DNA from: an uncultured delta proteobacterium
GTDB taxonomy: Bacteria; Desulfobacterota; Syntrophorhabdia; Syntrophorhabdales; WCHB1-27
Assembly: GCA_963810935.1 (NCBI GenBank)
Contig: CAWEPK010000010.1
Location: 64,001-128,000 of the forward strand
DNA length: 64,000 nucleotides
Direction: 5' to 3'
In this document: positions 40,873 through 51,593 of the stretch, one piece after another
How positions within the stretch are numbered: position 1 is the stretch's first letter
Layout: every line of letters begins with the position of its first letter
Program-made: the position numbers and the translations under genes
Notes under the pieces: generated by a model
Seen by the model: only the letters and a program-made list of their open reading frames with translations
The model's database searches: none
Told to the model about the DNA's origin: nothing

Positions 40873-41273
40873 ACTTCTGAGGAGAAACGGCTCGTCGTCG
40901 ATGACGAGGATGCGCCACTTCTCTTTGGCAATCGGCTGTGGTTTCTGCATTGCCTTCACATCCTCGTATTTACTTTATACCTTGCGGTCTCGTCTGTCTG
41001 TAACCTGCTTGCCAATTTGACAAAGATGGAACCGGCAGCATGTAGCCGGTTTAACGGAAGCCAAGATGCGACTGCCGTACGATCTATCGAAAAGAGGGCG
41101 GCTTTCACCGCGCAAGAGGAACGGGCCATGTACTTATTTCGCAGAATCGTACAGGCATGGATCGATAGTTCTTTCTTCGTTGAGCTCATCGGCCGCCACC
41201 GCTGTAGACCGGCGCGAAGGGCGTGCACATAATACAAGTATAAGGCCTATTCTGTGCTTCAGGGAGGTAAACC

Positions 41274-42560
41274 ATCACCCGGCTGGCTGTCGCCAACCAG
41301 TTCTTCACTATCTTAACCGTCAATAGCGGCTCCTCCAGCGTGAAATTCTCCCTCTTCAGGATGAGCGGCTCCGAAGAACAGAGGAGGGTCCGGGGCGCCG
41401 TCGAACGAGTCGGTCTGAGGTCCGGCATCTTCAGGGCGGAAAACGCCCGGGGTGAAACGCTCGTAGAGAGGCATGAGGACGTGCAGGACCATGACAAGGC
41501 CTTTGACGTCCTTTTCGCATGGCTGTGCGGCTCGTCAGCCGCTCCGGATGCGGTGGGCCACAGGATCGTCCACGGCGGCGACGCTTTTGTGGAACCTCAT
41601 ACGGTAACGGAAGAACTGGTCAGGATGCTGCTGCGTCTTACGCCCCTTGCACCCGACCACCTGCCCCATGAGATAAGGGCTATAAGAGCCGTTAAGCGTT
41701 CCTACCCGGCCCTCCCTCAGGTCGCCTGCTTCGACACGGCCTTTCATCGACACATGCCCCGGCTGGCGCGCATGTATCCTCTGCCCCGGTTTCTTGAAAG
41801 GGAGGGGGTGCGGCGCTATGGCTTTCACGGACTATCCTGCGAGTACATAATGGCGGAGCTTGAAAAGGAAGCGGGCAAGGAAGCGGCGGGACGCCGTATC
41901 ATCATCGCCCATCTCGGAAACGGGGCGAGCATGACGGCGGTCAGGAACGGCAAGTCGATGGATACTACCATGGGGTTCACTCCCGCCGGGGGTCTCATGA
42001 TGGGTACCCGTCCGGGCGACCTCGATCCGGGAGTCATGCTCTATCTTCTGGAAGAAAAGGGGCTGCGGCCTTCGACGGTCAGCGACATGGTGAACCAGCA
42101 TGCGGGTCTCCTGGCCGTCTCTGCAAGGACGTCCGACATGGAGGAACTTCTTTCCGCCGAGACGACCGACCCTCACGCGGCGGAGGCGGTCATGCTCTTC
42201 TGCTACCAGGCCAGTAAGTTCGTCGGTGCCCTGGCAGCCGTGCTCGGCGGCCTCGATACCCTGGTTTTTACCGGCGGCATAGGTGAGAATGCACCGGCCG
42301 TCAGGGCGGCGATTTGCTCCGGCCTCGAATTTCTGGGTATAGAGATCGATCCGGCCGCAAATAGAGCGAATATGCCTATCATTTCTGCCGGGGGCAGCCG
42401 GGTGTCCGTCCGCGTGATGAAAACGGACGAAGAGCTGATGACGGCGCGCCATACGTTCAATCTTTTACAAAGAGAACGGGGGAGGTGCAAGTCCGTCGTG
42501 ACCCTTCCGTACCTTTCGGAAAGCACCGGAGGGACCGGGCCAAAGACAAGGAGCAGATGA
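41274..42560 (+). CDS. ackA: Acetate/propionate kinase
   Basis: ILTVNSGSSSVK, GHRIVHGG, FDTAFH, RRYGFHGLS, HLGNGAS, DTTMGFTP, FTGGIGEN, TDEE; start codon non-canonical (see findings). Confidence 0.92.
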   Translation: MTRLAVANQFFTILTVNSGSSSVKFSLFRMSGSEEQRRVRGAVERVGLRSGIFRAENARGETLVERHEDVQDHDKAFDVLFAWLCGSSAAPDAVGHRIVHGGDAFVEPHTVTEELVRMLLRLTPLAPDHLPHEIRAIRAVKRSYPALPQVACFDTAFHRHMPRLARMYPLPRFLEREGVRRYGFHGLSCEYIMAELEKEAGKEAAGRRIIIAHLGNGASMTAVRNGKSMDTTMGFTPAGGLMMGTRPGDLDPGVMLYLLEEKGLRPSTVSDMVNQHAGLLAVSARTSDMEELLSAETTDPHAAEAVMLFCYQASKFVGALAAVLGGLDTLVFTGGIGENAPAVRAAICSGLEFLGIEIDPAANRANMPIISAGGSRVSVRVMKTDEELMTARHTFNLLQRERGRCKSVVTLPYLSESTGGTGPKTRSR

Positions 42561-45082
42561 ACCGCGACAATGAAAACAACCAGACATCGTCGGCAAAGGA
42601 CATAAACCAGCCCCTGGAAACCCTTTTGCGCAGCCTGAACGCTTCCACGGACGGCCTTACCGGCGACGAAGCGGAGAAGCGTCTCGGGCAGTACGGCCTG
42701 AATGTCATTGGAGAAACAAAGGTAAATCCCCTCCTCAAGTTCCTTTCCTACTTCTGGGGCCCTATCCCGTGGATGATCGAAGCGGCGGCAATTCTTTCCG
42801 CGATAGTCCGACACGTAGCCGATCTGATAATCATTCTTGTGCTCCTTATCTTCAACGCGGTGGTCGGCTTCTGGCAGGAGTACAAGGCAGCCAACGCCGT
42901 GGAGGCGCTAAAGAAACAGCTTGCGTTGAAAGCCCGCGTCCGGCGTGACGGCGAATGGATGGAGGTCGATGCCGCCCGCCTCGTACCCGGCGACGTCGTG
43001 CGGGTGAGGGCTGGAGACATCATCCCTGCGGATCTCAAGCTTTCCGAAGGGGATTATTTGAGCGTAGATCAATCGGCCTTAACGGGCGAGTCCCTCCCCG
43101 TTGATAAGAGACAGGGGGACGTCGCCTATTCGGGATCCATAGCAAAGCAGGGGGAGATGGCCGCCCTCGTCGTTAACACGGGTGATGCCACCTACTTTGG
43201 GAAGACCGCCCGTATGGTGGCGACTGCAAAACCTATCTCCCATTTCCAGAAGGCGGTCCTCCAGATAGGCGACTACCTCATCTATCTCAGCCTGGGGCTC
43301 GTGGCGGTGCTTATCCTCGCCATGCTTTCACGCGGCACGCCGTTGCTCACGCTGGTGCAGTTCGCCCTCATCCTGGTCGTCGCGGCTATCCCGGTGGCCA
43401 TGCCTGCGGTACTCTCCGTTACGATGGCCATAGGCGCCATGGCCCTTGCGAGGCTGAAAGCGATAGTGACCCGCCTGGAGTCGATCGAGGAGATGGCGGG
43501 AGTCGATATCCTCTGCGCAGACAAAACGGGTACCCTCACGCAGAATAAGCTCACCCTCGGAAAGGCGGCAATCTTTGCCGGTGCTTCCATTCAGGCGGTG
43601 GTCCTCGCCGCCGCCCTGGCCTCCAAGGAAGAAGACCGGGACGCCATCGACATGGCTGTGATCGAGGGGCTGGAAGACCCCTCGGCCCTGAACGAGTACA
43701 AGCAGGAGGCCTTTGTCCCTTTCGACCCTGCCCGCAAGCGGACGGAAGCCGTGATTATAGATAAGGAAAAGAAGCGTTTCAAGGTTGCCAAGGGGGCGCC
43801 CCAGGTAATCCTCGATCTTTGCAATCCCTCTCCCGTCCTCGCGCAAAAAGTCAACGGGAAGGTGGAGGAGTTGGCTGGGCACGGGTACCGGACCCTCGGC
43901 GTGGCCCGGCAGGACAACGAGGGCTGGCAATTTCTCGGACTCCTCCCGCTCTTCGACCCTCCCAGGGAAGATGCGGCCGAGACCATCAAAAGAGCCCAGG
44001 ACTACGGCATCGAGGTCAAGATGGTGACGGGAGACAACCTCGCCATCGCGAAGCAGATCGCTTCAGTCCTCAAGCTAGGGACGAACATCAGGCCGGCGGA
44101 GGAGTTCTTTGCCGGATTGACGGGAAAGGAAGAGCGCATACCGGAAGAGACTGCGAAAGAAGTGGAAGAGGCGGACGGCTTTGCCCAGGTCTTCCCCGAG
44201 CATAAGTTCACCATCGTCAAGGCATTGCAGCAGCGGGGGCACATAGCCGGCATGACGGGGGACGGGGTGAACGACGCGCCGGCCCTCGGCCAGGCAAACG
44301 CGGGGATAGCGGTGAGCGGAGCGACCGACGCCGCCCGCGCCGCGGCGGCCCTCGTGCTCACGGCGCCCGGCATCTCCGTCATTGTCAGGGCCGTGGAAGA
44401 GGCGCGGAAGATATTCGAGAGGATGACGAGCTACGCCATCTACCGCATCACCGAGACTATCAGGATCATGTTCTTCGTCGTCCTGACGATGGTTGTCTTT
44501 AATTTCTATCCCATCACCACCGTCATGATAATCCTCCTTGCGCTGCTGAACGACCTGCCCATCATGACGATCGCCTACGACAATACCCTGCTCGAGCAAA
44601 AGCCCGTGCGCTGGGCGATGCGCCGGGTCCTCACCGTTGCGACAACCCTTGGCCTGATAGGGGTCGCCGAGACCTTCGGGCTCCTTTTAATCGCGAGACT
44701 GCTCCTCGACCTCACCGTTCCGCAGATCCAATCGTTGATCTATCTGAAGCTCGCCGTCGCGGGCCACCTCACCCTGTTTGTCGCCAGGACGAAGCGTCCT
44801 TTCTTCACAAGGCCTTATCCCGCCCCCGTCCTTCTGATCGCGGTTGTCGCGACGCAGACCATCGCTGCTCTCATTGTGGGTTTCGGCTTCCTCGTCGTCG
44901 CTATCCCGTGGAAATACGTCGGCTTGGTCTGGGCCTACTGCCTTGCATGGATATTCATCGAGGACCGGGTGAAGCTCCACGTCTACCGCCACCTTCTTCT
45001 CGAACACAAAGGACACAAGACCTTTTTGGACTTAGTGAAGAAAAACCTGCATCCCTATACCGGGGGTCAGGGTCGGGGATGA
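42557..45082 (+). CDS. Plasma-membrane-type proton-efflux P-type ATPase (P3A)
   Basis: FWGPIPWMIE, LTGES, IPVAMPAV, DKTGTLT, KGAPQ, DPPR, TGDGVNDAPAL, LLND-PIMTIAYD; ATGA overlap with ackA. Confidence 0.92.
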   Translation: MNRDNENNQTSSAKDINQPLETLLRSLNASTDGLTGDEAEKRLGQYGLNVIGETKVNPLLKFLSYFWGPIPWMIEAAAILSAIVRHVADLIIILVLLIFNAVVGFWQEYKAANAVEALKKQLALKARVRRDGEWMEVDAARLVPGDVVRVRAGDIIPADLKLSEGDYLSVDQSALTGESLPVDKRQGDVAYSGSIAKQGEMAALVVNTGDATYFGKTARMVATAKPISHFQKAVLQIGDYLIYLSLGLVAVLILAMLSRGTPLLTLVQFALILVVAAIPVAMPAVLSVTMAIGAMALARLKAIVTRLESIEEMAGVDILCADKTGTLTQNKLTLGKAAIFAGASIQAVVLAAALASKEEDRDAIDMAVIEGLEDPSALNEYKQEAFVPFDPARKRTEAVIIDKEKKRFKVAKGAPQVILDLCNPSPVLAQKVNGKVEELAGHGYRTLGVARQDNEGWQFLGLLPLFDPPREDAAETIKRAQDYGIEVKMVTGDNLAIAKQIASVLKLGTNIRPAEEFFAGLTGKEERIPEETAKEVEEADGFAQVFPEHKFTIVKALQQRGHIAGMTGDGVNDAPALGQANAGIAVSGATDAARAAAALVLTAPGISVIVRAVEEARKIFERMTSYAIYRITETIRIMFFVVLTMVVFNFYPITTVMIILLALLNDLPIMTIAYDNTLLEQKPVRWAMRRVLTVATTLGLIGVAETFGLLLIARLLLDLTVPQIQSLIYLKLAVAGHLTLFVARTKRPFFTRPYPAPVLLIAVVATQTIAALIVGFGFLVVAIPWKYVGLVWAYCLAWIFIEDRVKLHVYRHLLLEHKGHKTFLDLVKKNLHPYTGGQGRG

Positions 45083-45149
45083 GGCGCCCCGGAATGAAGT
45101 ACCCGTTCCATCCGGTACGGGGATGCGGTGACCGTAAGGAGGCATAGCG

Positions 45150-47502
45150 ATGACGGCGCTTTCCCGTGAAGAGCTGAAAAAGATAGACGCTTATTGGCGG
45201 GCATCTCTTTATCTCTGCGTAGGCATGCTTTATCTCGACGATAACCCGCTCCTCAGAGAGCCCCTGAAGATCGAGCACGTGAAGAAAAGGCTCCTGGGGC
45301 ACTGGGGGACGGACCCTGGCCAGTCCTTCGTCTGGGTGCACCTCAACCGCCTTATCAAAAAGTATGACCTGAACATGATCTATATCTCGGGCCCCGGTCA
45401 CGGCGCCCCTGCCACGCTGGCCAACGCCTACCTCGAAGGGACTTACTCGGAGGTCTACCCGGACAAAGCCCAGGACGAGGGAGGGATGAAGAAGTTCTTC
45501 AGGCAGTTCTCCTTTCCGGGCGGGATAGGAAGCCATTGCACCCCGGAGACGCCCGGCTCGATGCACGAAGGGGGCGAGCTCGGCTACAGCCTTTCCCACG
45601 CTTACGGCGCAGCCTTCGACAACCCCGGTCTGATAGTTGCCGTGGTCATCGGCGATGGCGAAGCGGAAACCGGCCCCCTCGCTACGTCCTGGCACTCGAA
45701 CAAGTTCCTCAACCCGGCCCGCGACGGGGCGGTCCTACCCATACTCCACCTCAACGGCTACAAGATAGCGAACCCCACTATCTTCGGCCGCATGGGAAGG
45801 GACGAGCTGGAAAGCCTCTTCTGCGGATACGGATACAGTCCGTTTTTCGTCGAAGGCTCGGACCCCATGGCGATGCACGAGCTTATGGCGGAAACCCTGG
45901 AAACCGTGCTCTCGGAGATAAGGGGGGATGGGGCATACTATGCCAGGCGACCAATGATTGTCCTGCGCACCCCGAAAGGGTGGACAGGCCCCAAAGAAGT
46001 GGACGGCCACAAAATAGAAGGCTTCTGGCGTGCCCACCAGGTGCCCTTCGACGTGCACGGCAACCCCTCCCATTTAAGGGTACTTGAAGAGTGGATGCGC
46101 AGCTACAGGCCGGAAGAGCTCTTCGACGCGCAAGGGCGCCTGAGGCAGGATTTACGCGAGCTGGCGCCGTCGGGGACGCGCCGCATGAGCGCTAACCCCG
46201 TCGCGAACGGAGGCTCTATCCGCAAGGCGCCCAAACTCCCCAATTTCAGGAACTATGCGGTCGGGATAGCGGCGCCCGGCGCCTCTACTGCGGAAAACAC
46301 CCGTGTGCTGGCCACGTTCCTGAGGGACGTGATGCGTGATAACCCAGGTATATTCCGTGTATTCGGACCGGACGAAACGGCGTCCAACCGGCTGAGCGCG
46401 ATCTATGAGGCGAGTCCGAAGACCTGGATGCTTCCTGTCCTGCCTGAGGATGCGGACGGCGGGTTCCTCGCGCCGGACGGCCGGGTCATGGAGATGCTGA
46501 GCGAGCACACTCTGGAGGGCTGGCTGGAGGGCTACGTCCTTACCGGCCGCAACGGTGTCTTCGCGTCCTACGAAGCATTCATCCATGTCATCGATTCCAT
46601 GTTCAATCAGCACGCCAAGTGGCTTGAAAAGTGCCTCGATGTACCCTGGCGCGCGCCCCTTCCCTCCCTCAACATACTCCTCAGCCTCTACGGTATGGCG
46701 GCAGGATCACAACGGCTTCAGCCACCAGGACCCCGGCTTTCTGGACCTTGTAGTGAATAAGAGCGCGAGGGTCACGAGGATATACCTGCCCCCCGATGCG
46801 AACTGCCTGCTGTCCATCGCGGACCACTGCCTCCGTAGCACGAATTACGTGAACGTCATCGTCGCGGACAAGCAGATGCACCTTCAGTACCTGACGATGG
46901 ACGAGGCAATAGAACATTGCGCCAAGGGTATCGGCATATGGGATTGGGCGAGCAGCGACGAGGGCCACGAGCCCGACGTGGTGATGGCGTGCGCCGGGGA
47001 CGTGACCACGATGGAGGCCCTTGCCGCAACGGCCATCCTGCGTGAGCACCTCCCCGACCTCAAGGTGCGCTTCATAAACGTCGTGGACCTCTTCAAGCTG
47101 GAGCCCCATACAGAGCACGAGCACGGTCTCACCGACCGGGATTTCGACAGTCTCTTCACAACTGATAAGCCGGTCATCTTCAATTTTCACGGATATCCGT
47201 GGCTGGTCCACAGGCTCGCCTACCGCCGGACCAACCACCGGAACATACATGTGCGGGGCTACAAGGAGCACGGCAACGTCAACACGCCGCTGGAGCTCGC
47301 CATGCGCAACCAGATCGACCGCTTCAACCTGGCCATCGATGTCATCGACAGAGTGCCCCGCCTGGCGGTCACGGCCGCCCACCTCAAGGAACGGCTCAGG
47401 AACCGGATTATCGATAATATGAATTACGCTTATGAGAACGGCACGGACAGGCCGGAGGAGTCGGATTGGAAATGGCCTTTCGCCGAAAAGGCAAAGGAAT
47501 GA
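45150..47502 (+). CDS. xfp: Phosphoketolase (frameshift near 46686)
   Basis: [46 protein letters not shown] continues in the next frame after removing one C. Confidence 0.94.
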
Positions 47503-47563
47503 TTGTTTGGCTCATCGCGGCGGCGCTGTCCGGGGCTCAGGAGGCATGAATAGTGTCGGGCAT

Positions 47564-48028
47564 TTATTTCCTGTGGCGGTTACGGATTTGCTTTGTCAGT
47601 GCTTCAAGATCGCGGTCGAGCCCCTTTACATCCTTCTCCAGCGTCTCCACTTCTGCCTCGATCCCGCTCGGACGGCGTTTCTTCGCCTTTCCGGCCCGGA
47701 GCGCGGTCTTGCACTCAGGGATCTTCCAGTCGAGATCGTATCTCTCGAATATGATGCTCCACCTGCGCGGGAAAGCCCGCTTTACGGCCGCGGCGCAGTC
47801 TTCCTGGCTGCCCGCCTCCCTTATAGCCTGCGCCAACTTGTAAAGGTCCGTATCCTCGACCGACGTTGTCTTTCCGGTCCTCTTTTTCGCGGCGGCAAGG
47901 GAATACGTCAGCGCGGAGGCAACCTTTCCTCTTTCTTGCACGTCTTCAGGGCCTGCCCTCGTTGCGGTCATAATGAAGTCGATCTCTTTTGTATATTCCC
48001 GCATGACGTGTGTCACATCATAACCCAT
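47564..48028 (-). CDS. Hypothetical protein with C-terminal coiled coil
   Basis: 154 aa ORF with host-like codon usage; no family recognised. Confidence 0.5.
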   Translation of the reverse strand: MGYDVTHVMREYTKEIDFIMTATRAGPEDVQERGKVASALTYSLAAAKKRTGKTTSVEDTDLYKLAQAIREAGSQEDCAAAVKRAFPRRWSIIFERYDLDWKIPECKTALRAGKAKKRRPSGIEAEVETLEKDVKGLDRDLEALTKQIRNRHRK

Positions 48029-48217
48029 GGAGAGTTCCTCTGCGCACCGGCTCCCGGTGCTCCTTTGAACACCGGGAAAGGAGCGTCCGATAATCTTAAA
48101 TATTGTATTCCGCTATGCGCCTGTCAACGCGACCGGGCGGCCCAGGGGCGTTTGAGGGAGACTTAGGGATCTGCGAGAGGAGGGGACCGGCCGGCGGCCA
48201 GGAGCGGTTTTGGCGTC

Positions 48218-48733
48218 TTACGAGATTTTATCCCAATCTATGGTCGTATCGTCCGAGGGCAGCGGGATGATAAAAACCGGTTTTCGGGTTCGCTCAAGCA
48301 CCGAGCCGGCCACCTTTCCGAGGAAGGTGTGCCTTAAAACTCCCTTTCCATGAGTACCGAGGACGATCACGTCGCACCCTTCATCATCCGCCGCCTTCAA
48401 TATCTCCTCTACTGGATGACCGATGGGAACGAGGATATTAGATACTAACTGAACACAGGCGTTGCCGTAACTATTTTCCACTTTTTCACAGAACCCGCTC
48501 ACCCTCTTTTTGATTTCCTCTACATATTCCTCCTGTTTCTCCTTTTCGACTTCCGCCATCTTGTCCAGCGTATCCGATTCTACCACGGTAATGTGGCGAG
48601 TGGGGTCAACGGAATGGAGAATAACGATTTGGGCGTTATGCGCCTTCGCCATATCGACTGCATAGAAAAAAGCATAAGCCGAGTTTTTACTCAGATCAGT
48701 CGCGTATAGGATTTTCGTGATGCCTGGAATCAT
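48218..48733 (-). CDS. Universal stress protein
   Basis: KILYATDLS, GHPVEEIL, DVIVLGTHG, FLGKVA...PVFIIP. Confidence 0.9.
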   Translation of the reverse strand: MIPGITKILYATDLSKNSAYAFFYAVDMAKAHNAQIVILHSVDPTRHITVVESDTLDKMAEVEKEKQEEYVEEIKKRVSGFCEKVENSYGNACVQLVSNILVPIGHPVEEILKAADDEGCDVIVLGTHGKGVLRHTFLGKVAGSVLERTRKPVFIIPLPSDDTTIDWDKIS

Positions 48734-49228
48734 GTCTCACCCCCCCACTTTAAAGACCCATCGAAGGTTTTGGTCGCAGCGGTGCGGATATTCGCTTCAA
48801 CCCTCCATTTTATCTGCCGCATTAGGTGCAATGTCAAGAAAAAAGGATCTGCGCGTTGGGATAGAGTTGCCGTTAAGGCAGTTTGGCGGAAATGTAATCT
48901 TCAGTAATAGGCCCTTGCTACAGGCCGACAGCCTGCTTCCTGGAAGCCCGACTTACGATCTAATCGGGACGCTCGGTTACTGCGAGTGGTACTCGTGATG
49001 CGGACCAAGCGGGGGGGCGTGCGAAGTATTCTTGTAACAGCCGGCTTCCGGGATATATAATCTTTCAGCGCAAACAGCCTGCTTTATCTCGCAAGGATAC
49101 GCAGATTATTAGAAATGACGCCGCAGGAAAGCAATTAACGGAAAGAACCAGGTAATGAATAGACTTTCATAGAGATTTGCAAGGCAGGCGAAAAGCTGAA
49201 GGATAAATAACCCCCATAGGAGGCAGGA

Positions 49229-50255
49229 ATGGGTTTCAGGGTGGCAAACATCTGGCCGTTGCCAGGCGAAGATTACAATGAAGAGAAGCTCGCCCCTTAC
49301 AATGTTTCGCTGGTAAGAGGCCTCTGGATGACTGAGGAGGAAATACTGGCCAATGCCTCCGATGCGGATGCGATAATAGGTTGTGTCTCGGTTCACCCCT
49401 TCACGCGAAGGCTCTTGGAGAAACTTAAAAACTGCCGGATTATCGCTGGCGTGGGCATAGGCTACGACGCCACGGACGTTGAAGCGGCCACTCGATTGGG
49501 GATAGCGGTGACCAATGTCCCGGATTACTGCCTCGACGAGGTGTCAGGCCTCGCTCTCACTTTTATGCTCTCTCTCGGCCACAAGATACGCACAATCGAC
49601 CTGGCCGTTAGAAAGAAACATGTCCTCTTTACCGTGGACCGCCAGGCCCTTGTGGATACGGCCTATCCCATTTTCCGGATGAGGGACCAGACCCTCGGCA
49701 TCATAGGTCTCGGCAAGGTGGGGACGACTCTCGCACTCAAGGTGCGGGGTCTCGGAATGAAAGTAATTGCATACGATCCCTACGTGCTCGGACCCGTCAT
49801 GGAAAGCCGGGGTGTCATTCCGGTGGATCTCGACACCCTCCTCGCCGAATCTGACTTCATCAGCCTCCACACGCCGCTCAACGCAGAAACCAGGGGTCTT
49901 ATGACATACGATTGCTACAGGAAGATGAAGAAGACCTGCTACTTCATTAATACTTCGAGGGGGGGCTGCGTCGATCAACCCGGTCTGATAAGGGCCCTCC
50001 AGGAAGGTCTCATAGCGGGGGCGGGGATCGACGTGACAATCGATGAGCCCATCTCGGAAGAAAATCCTCTCCTCGGAATGCCCAATGTTATCCTTACCGG
50101 TCACAGCGCCTGGTACTCGGTCACCGCACAGAAAGAGGCTCTATGCGAAGCCGGTCACCCAGGTAATCCAGGCCCTGAAAGGCGAATGGCCGCTCTACGC
50201 GGTTAACCCGGAGATTAAGCCCGCTTGGCTGTCTAAGTGGGGTGTCAAACGATAG
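49229..50255 (+). CDS. D-2-hydroxyacid dehydrogenase (SerA/CtBP-like; frameshift near 50138)
   Basis: NVPDYC, GIIGLGKVG, YDPY, INTSRG, AGIDV-EP, GHSAWYS; the C-terminus LYAKPVTQVIQALKGEWPLYAVNPE lies in the next frame. Confidence 0.88.
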
Positions 50256-50334
50256 CCCTCGATAATCACCGGCCAGGCTACCTAGCTGTGGGAAAAACCG
50301 GATAGGATCCGGAACGTTCCGGTTGTCTGAAAGT

Positions 50335-51576
50335 CTATATACCCGCCCTGTCGGCCCATTCATCGATCCTGTCGAAGGCGCGATTGATCTCCGTTTCAGT
50401 CGCGCCAAAGGAAAGGCGGATGTGCCCCTCCCCCGTCGGACCGAACCCGCTTCCCGGAATAGTTATGACCTTCGCCTCGTAAAGCAGGCGGAGAGCAAGA
50501 TCAATCGATTTTACGCCTTGCGGCACGATGCGTGGAAAGACATAATAGGCGCCTCCCGGTGTTTCGTAGGAAAAGAGGTCCGATAAACGGTCAAGGCGGG
50601 CGCAGGCCGCCTTTCTCCTCGCATCCAGGGCGGCGACCAGGGCGGCTATAAACTTGTCCCCCTCGCCGTCCCTGCCGTTTGTGGCCTTAAGCGCGGCGAG
50701 GGCGGCGTACTGTGAAATGGTGGGAGCACATATGGCAAAGGCATCGTGCACTTTCAGCACCTGGTCGATGATGCGCGGCGGCGCGTAGAGGTAGCCGACC
50801 CGCCAACCGGTCATGCAGTACATCTTGGAAAAGCTGAAAGCCGCGATCAGCCGGTCCTTCAAATCGGGCATGGCAGCAAAACTGGCATGAGAACGGGGGC
50901 TGTAAACGAGGAAATCATAGGCCTCGTCGGCTATGACGAACAGGTCCTTCTCAATGGCCAGGTCTGCGATTGCTCTTATATCTTCAGACGAAAAGACGGC
51001 CCCGGTCGGGTTCATGGGATTGCAGATAAGGACCGCCTTCGTTCTCGGCGTAACGGCCTGTCTGAACCGTTCCACGTCGAGTTTCCATCCTTCTTTTTCT
51101 ATCATCGGGACAAAGACGGGTACCCCCTCTGCGAAGAGTATCTGTTCGATGTGAGAGGCATAGTTCGGAGAGGGAACAAGCACTTCTTCGCCAGGGTCTA
51201 TCACGGTGCAAATAGCCCCGGCAAGAGCCTCCATAGAGCCGCAGCTTATGAAGACCTCTCTTTCGGCGTCCACCGCGACACCCCGTGTCCTGTGCAAATG
51301 CTTCCCGATCTCCTCTTTAAGCTCCGGCATGCCCGGCTGGAGGGAGTATTTACCGATCCTGTCATCTTCTCTGAGGGCCCGGATGACAGCCTCCGTCACG
51401 AAGGGAGGTGTGGCGAACGAGGGAATGCCCTGGCCCAGCGAGAGGGCGTCTGGTACTTTATGCGCGAGAACGGGCATCTGCTTGATGGCGGAAACAGTTA
51501 TCCGCGCGACCCGTGAGGATATACGGCGCAGGTCTTCCTGTCTGCCCGCGCTTTTGTATACAGATCTATCTTCCAT
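50335..51576 (-). CDS. PLP-dependent aminotransferase class I/II
   Basis: LGQGIP, NPMNPTG, ADEAY, SFSKMYCMTGWRVGY, PGSGFG...IRLSF. Confidence 0.92.
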   Translation of the reverse strand: MEDRSVYKSAGRQEDLRRISSRVARITVSAIKQMPVLAHKVPDALSLGQGIPSFATPPFVTEAVIRALREDDRIGKYSLQPGMPELKEEIGKHLHRTRGVAVDAEREVFISCGSMEALAGAICTVIDPGEEVLVPSPNYASHIEQILFAEGVPVFVPMIEKEGWKLDVERFRQAVTPRTKAVLICNPMNPTGAVFSSEDIRAIADLAIEKDLFVIADEAYDFLVYSPRSHASFAAMPDLKDRLIAAFSFSKMYCMTGWRVGYLYAPPRIIDQVLKVHDAFAICAPTISQYAALAALKATNGRDGEGDKFIAALVAALDARRKAACARLDRLSDLFSYETPGGAYYVFPRIVPQGVKSIDLALRLLYEAKVITIPGSGFGPTGEGHIRLSFGATETEINRAFDRIDEWADRAGI

Positions 51577-51593
51577 GGACCCGCCTGGCATGC

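Noticed and set aside
48921..48950. SRP RNA (GGAAGCAG on the minus strand)
   Set aside because: The conserved CAGG-CCGGAAGG helix context is missing.
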